Shown here one piece after another: positions 63,221-64,000 of a DNA stretch of 64,000 bases. The position numbers and the translations under genes were made by a program. The stretch lies in the NCBI RefSeq assembly GCF_030144855.1, contig NC_082709.1, positions 149,110,001 to 149,174,000 on the forward strand. Reading direction: 5' to 3'. Every line of letters starts with the position of its first letter. Positions within the stretch are counted from its first letter, which is position 1. Source of the stretch: Hypanus sabinus. Its lineage: Eukaryota. The notes under the pieces were generated by a model. It ran no database searches. It saw nothing but the letters and a program-made list of their open reading frames with translations, and had not been told where the DNA came from.

Positions 63221-64000
63221 GGAAGTTAACAGGGTGAATGTGTGAATTAGACAGGAGAAGACAGAACATCTATTCTAATCTGCATAGAGGTTTATTCCAT
63301 TGAGAATAAAGAACAATTCACTTAATATAGTATTTCAAAAAATATATAAAATTAATACCAGCAAATTTGACATAAATATTGATTACACATAGTTGTCATG
63401 TTTTATTTTACTTAGAAACTGGTTTCATAAAGAATTTAGCTTTATCACATCTGGCTCAGAATGATTTCATTTCCCCAATGCTGGAGCCAAGTGGACAATG
63501 AAACAGCAACGTAAGTGTTCAGTTCAGGATGCCTCTACACCCTCTCCAGCTTGACAATATATCCATATAACAGGGTGATGCAAACTATACACAATTCTCC
63601 AAGTGCGGCTTCACCAATGACTTGTATAAGAGCAATGTAGTGTATCCACTCCCAAATTGACTGCCCCGAATGATGAAGTCCAGCATGCTGAACACCCTCT
63701 TTGCTACAGTTGTGCAGCCACTTCCTGCAAGCTCTATTCATGTGCTTTCAGGCCCCTCTGTTCCACAACACTCGTCCGTGCCCTGCCATTCACTGTATAA
63801 ATCCTACTCTGCTTTGACTGTTCGAAATGCATCAGGTCCATACTAAATTGAAATCTATTTGCCATTCCTCAGCCTATCTCCCTAACTAATCAAGATCTCT
63901 TGGCTATTCATTGCAATGAGCTTCACTGTCAACAAGACCCCCAAGTTAATATATCAGCAAACTTGTTGATCATGCATGTACACTTATATCCAATCATTTA

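Larger units (their letters stand above)
59350..64000. repeat. Segmental duplication block 2, right copy (runs off the window)
   Basis: As above. Confidence 0.97.

Noticed and set aside
1-64000. CRISPR arrays, rRNA or tRNA genes
   Set aside because: None seen; the only tRNA-related sequence is the retroelement PBS.

Overview
Vertebrate genomic DNA, most likely a cartilaginous fish such as a ray (inferred from the CR1/Rex1/Penelope repeat set and a VNAR-like V domain). More than half the window is decayed retroelements. The main content is a recently duplicated minus-strand immunoglobulin-superfamily receptor gene built from germline-joined VJ exons and C1-set exons, with no recombination signals. 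Copy A (6736-8358) is Leader-VJ-C1; its TM exon should lie left of the window. Copy B (36631-59989) is Leader-(VJ-C1)x4-C1-TM: nine intact phase-1 Ig exons created by ~2.1-kb tandem duplication, in which the internal units lost their ATG and promoter. An older pseudogene paralog lies at ~14966-16960. Two 3' exons of TTF2 (20067-20149, 28088-28232) lie tail-to-tail with the receptor and look like an orphan fragment carried by a >=44-kb segmental duplication (1-7130 matches 44203-51330; ~7725-12370 matches ~59350-64000). Other elements include a Gypsy LTR element nested in a CR1, a solo LTR, two Tc1 copies and Penelope fragments. All alignments and counts were done by eye. The cytoplasmic exon(s) of the receptor could not be resolved.
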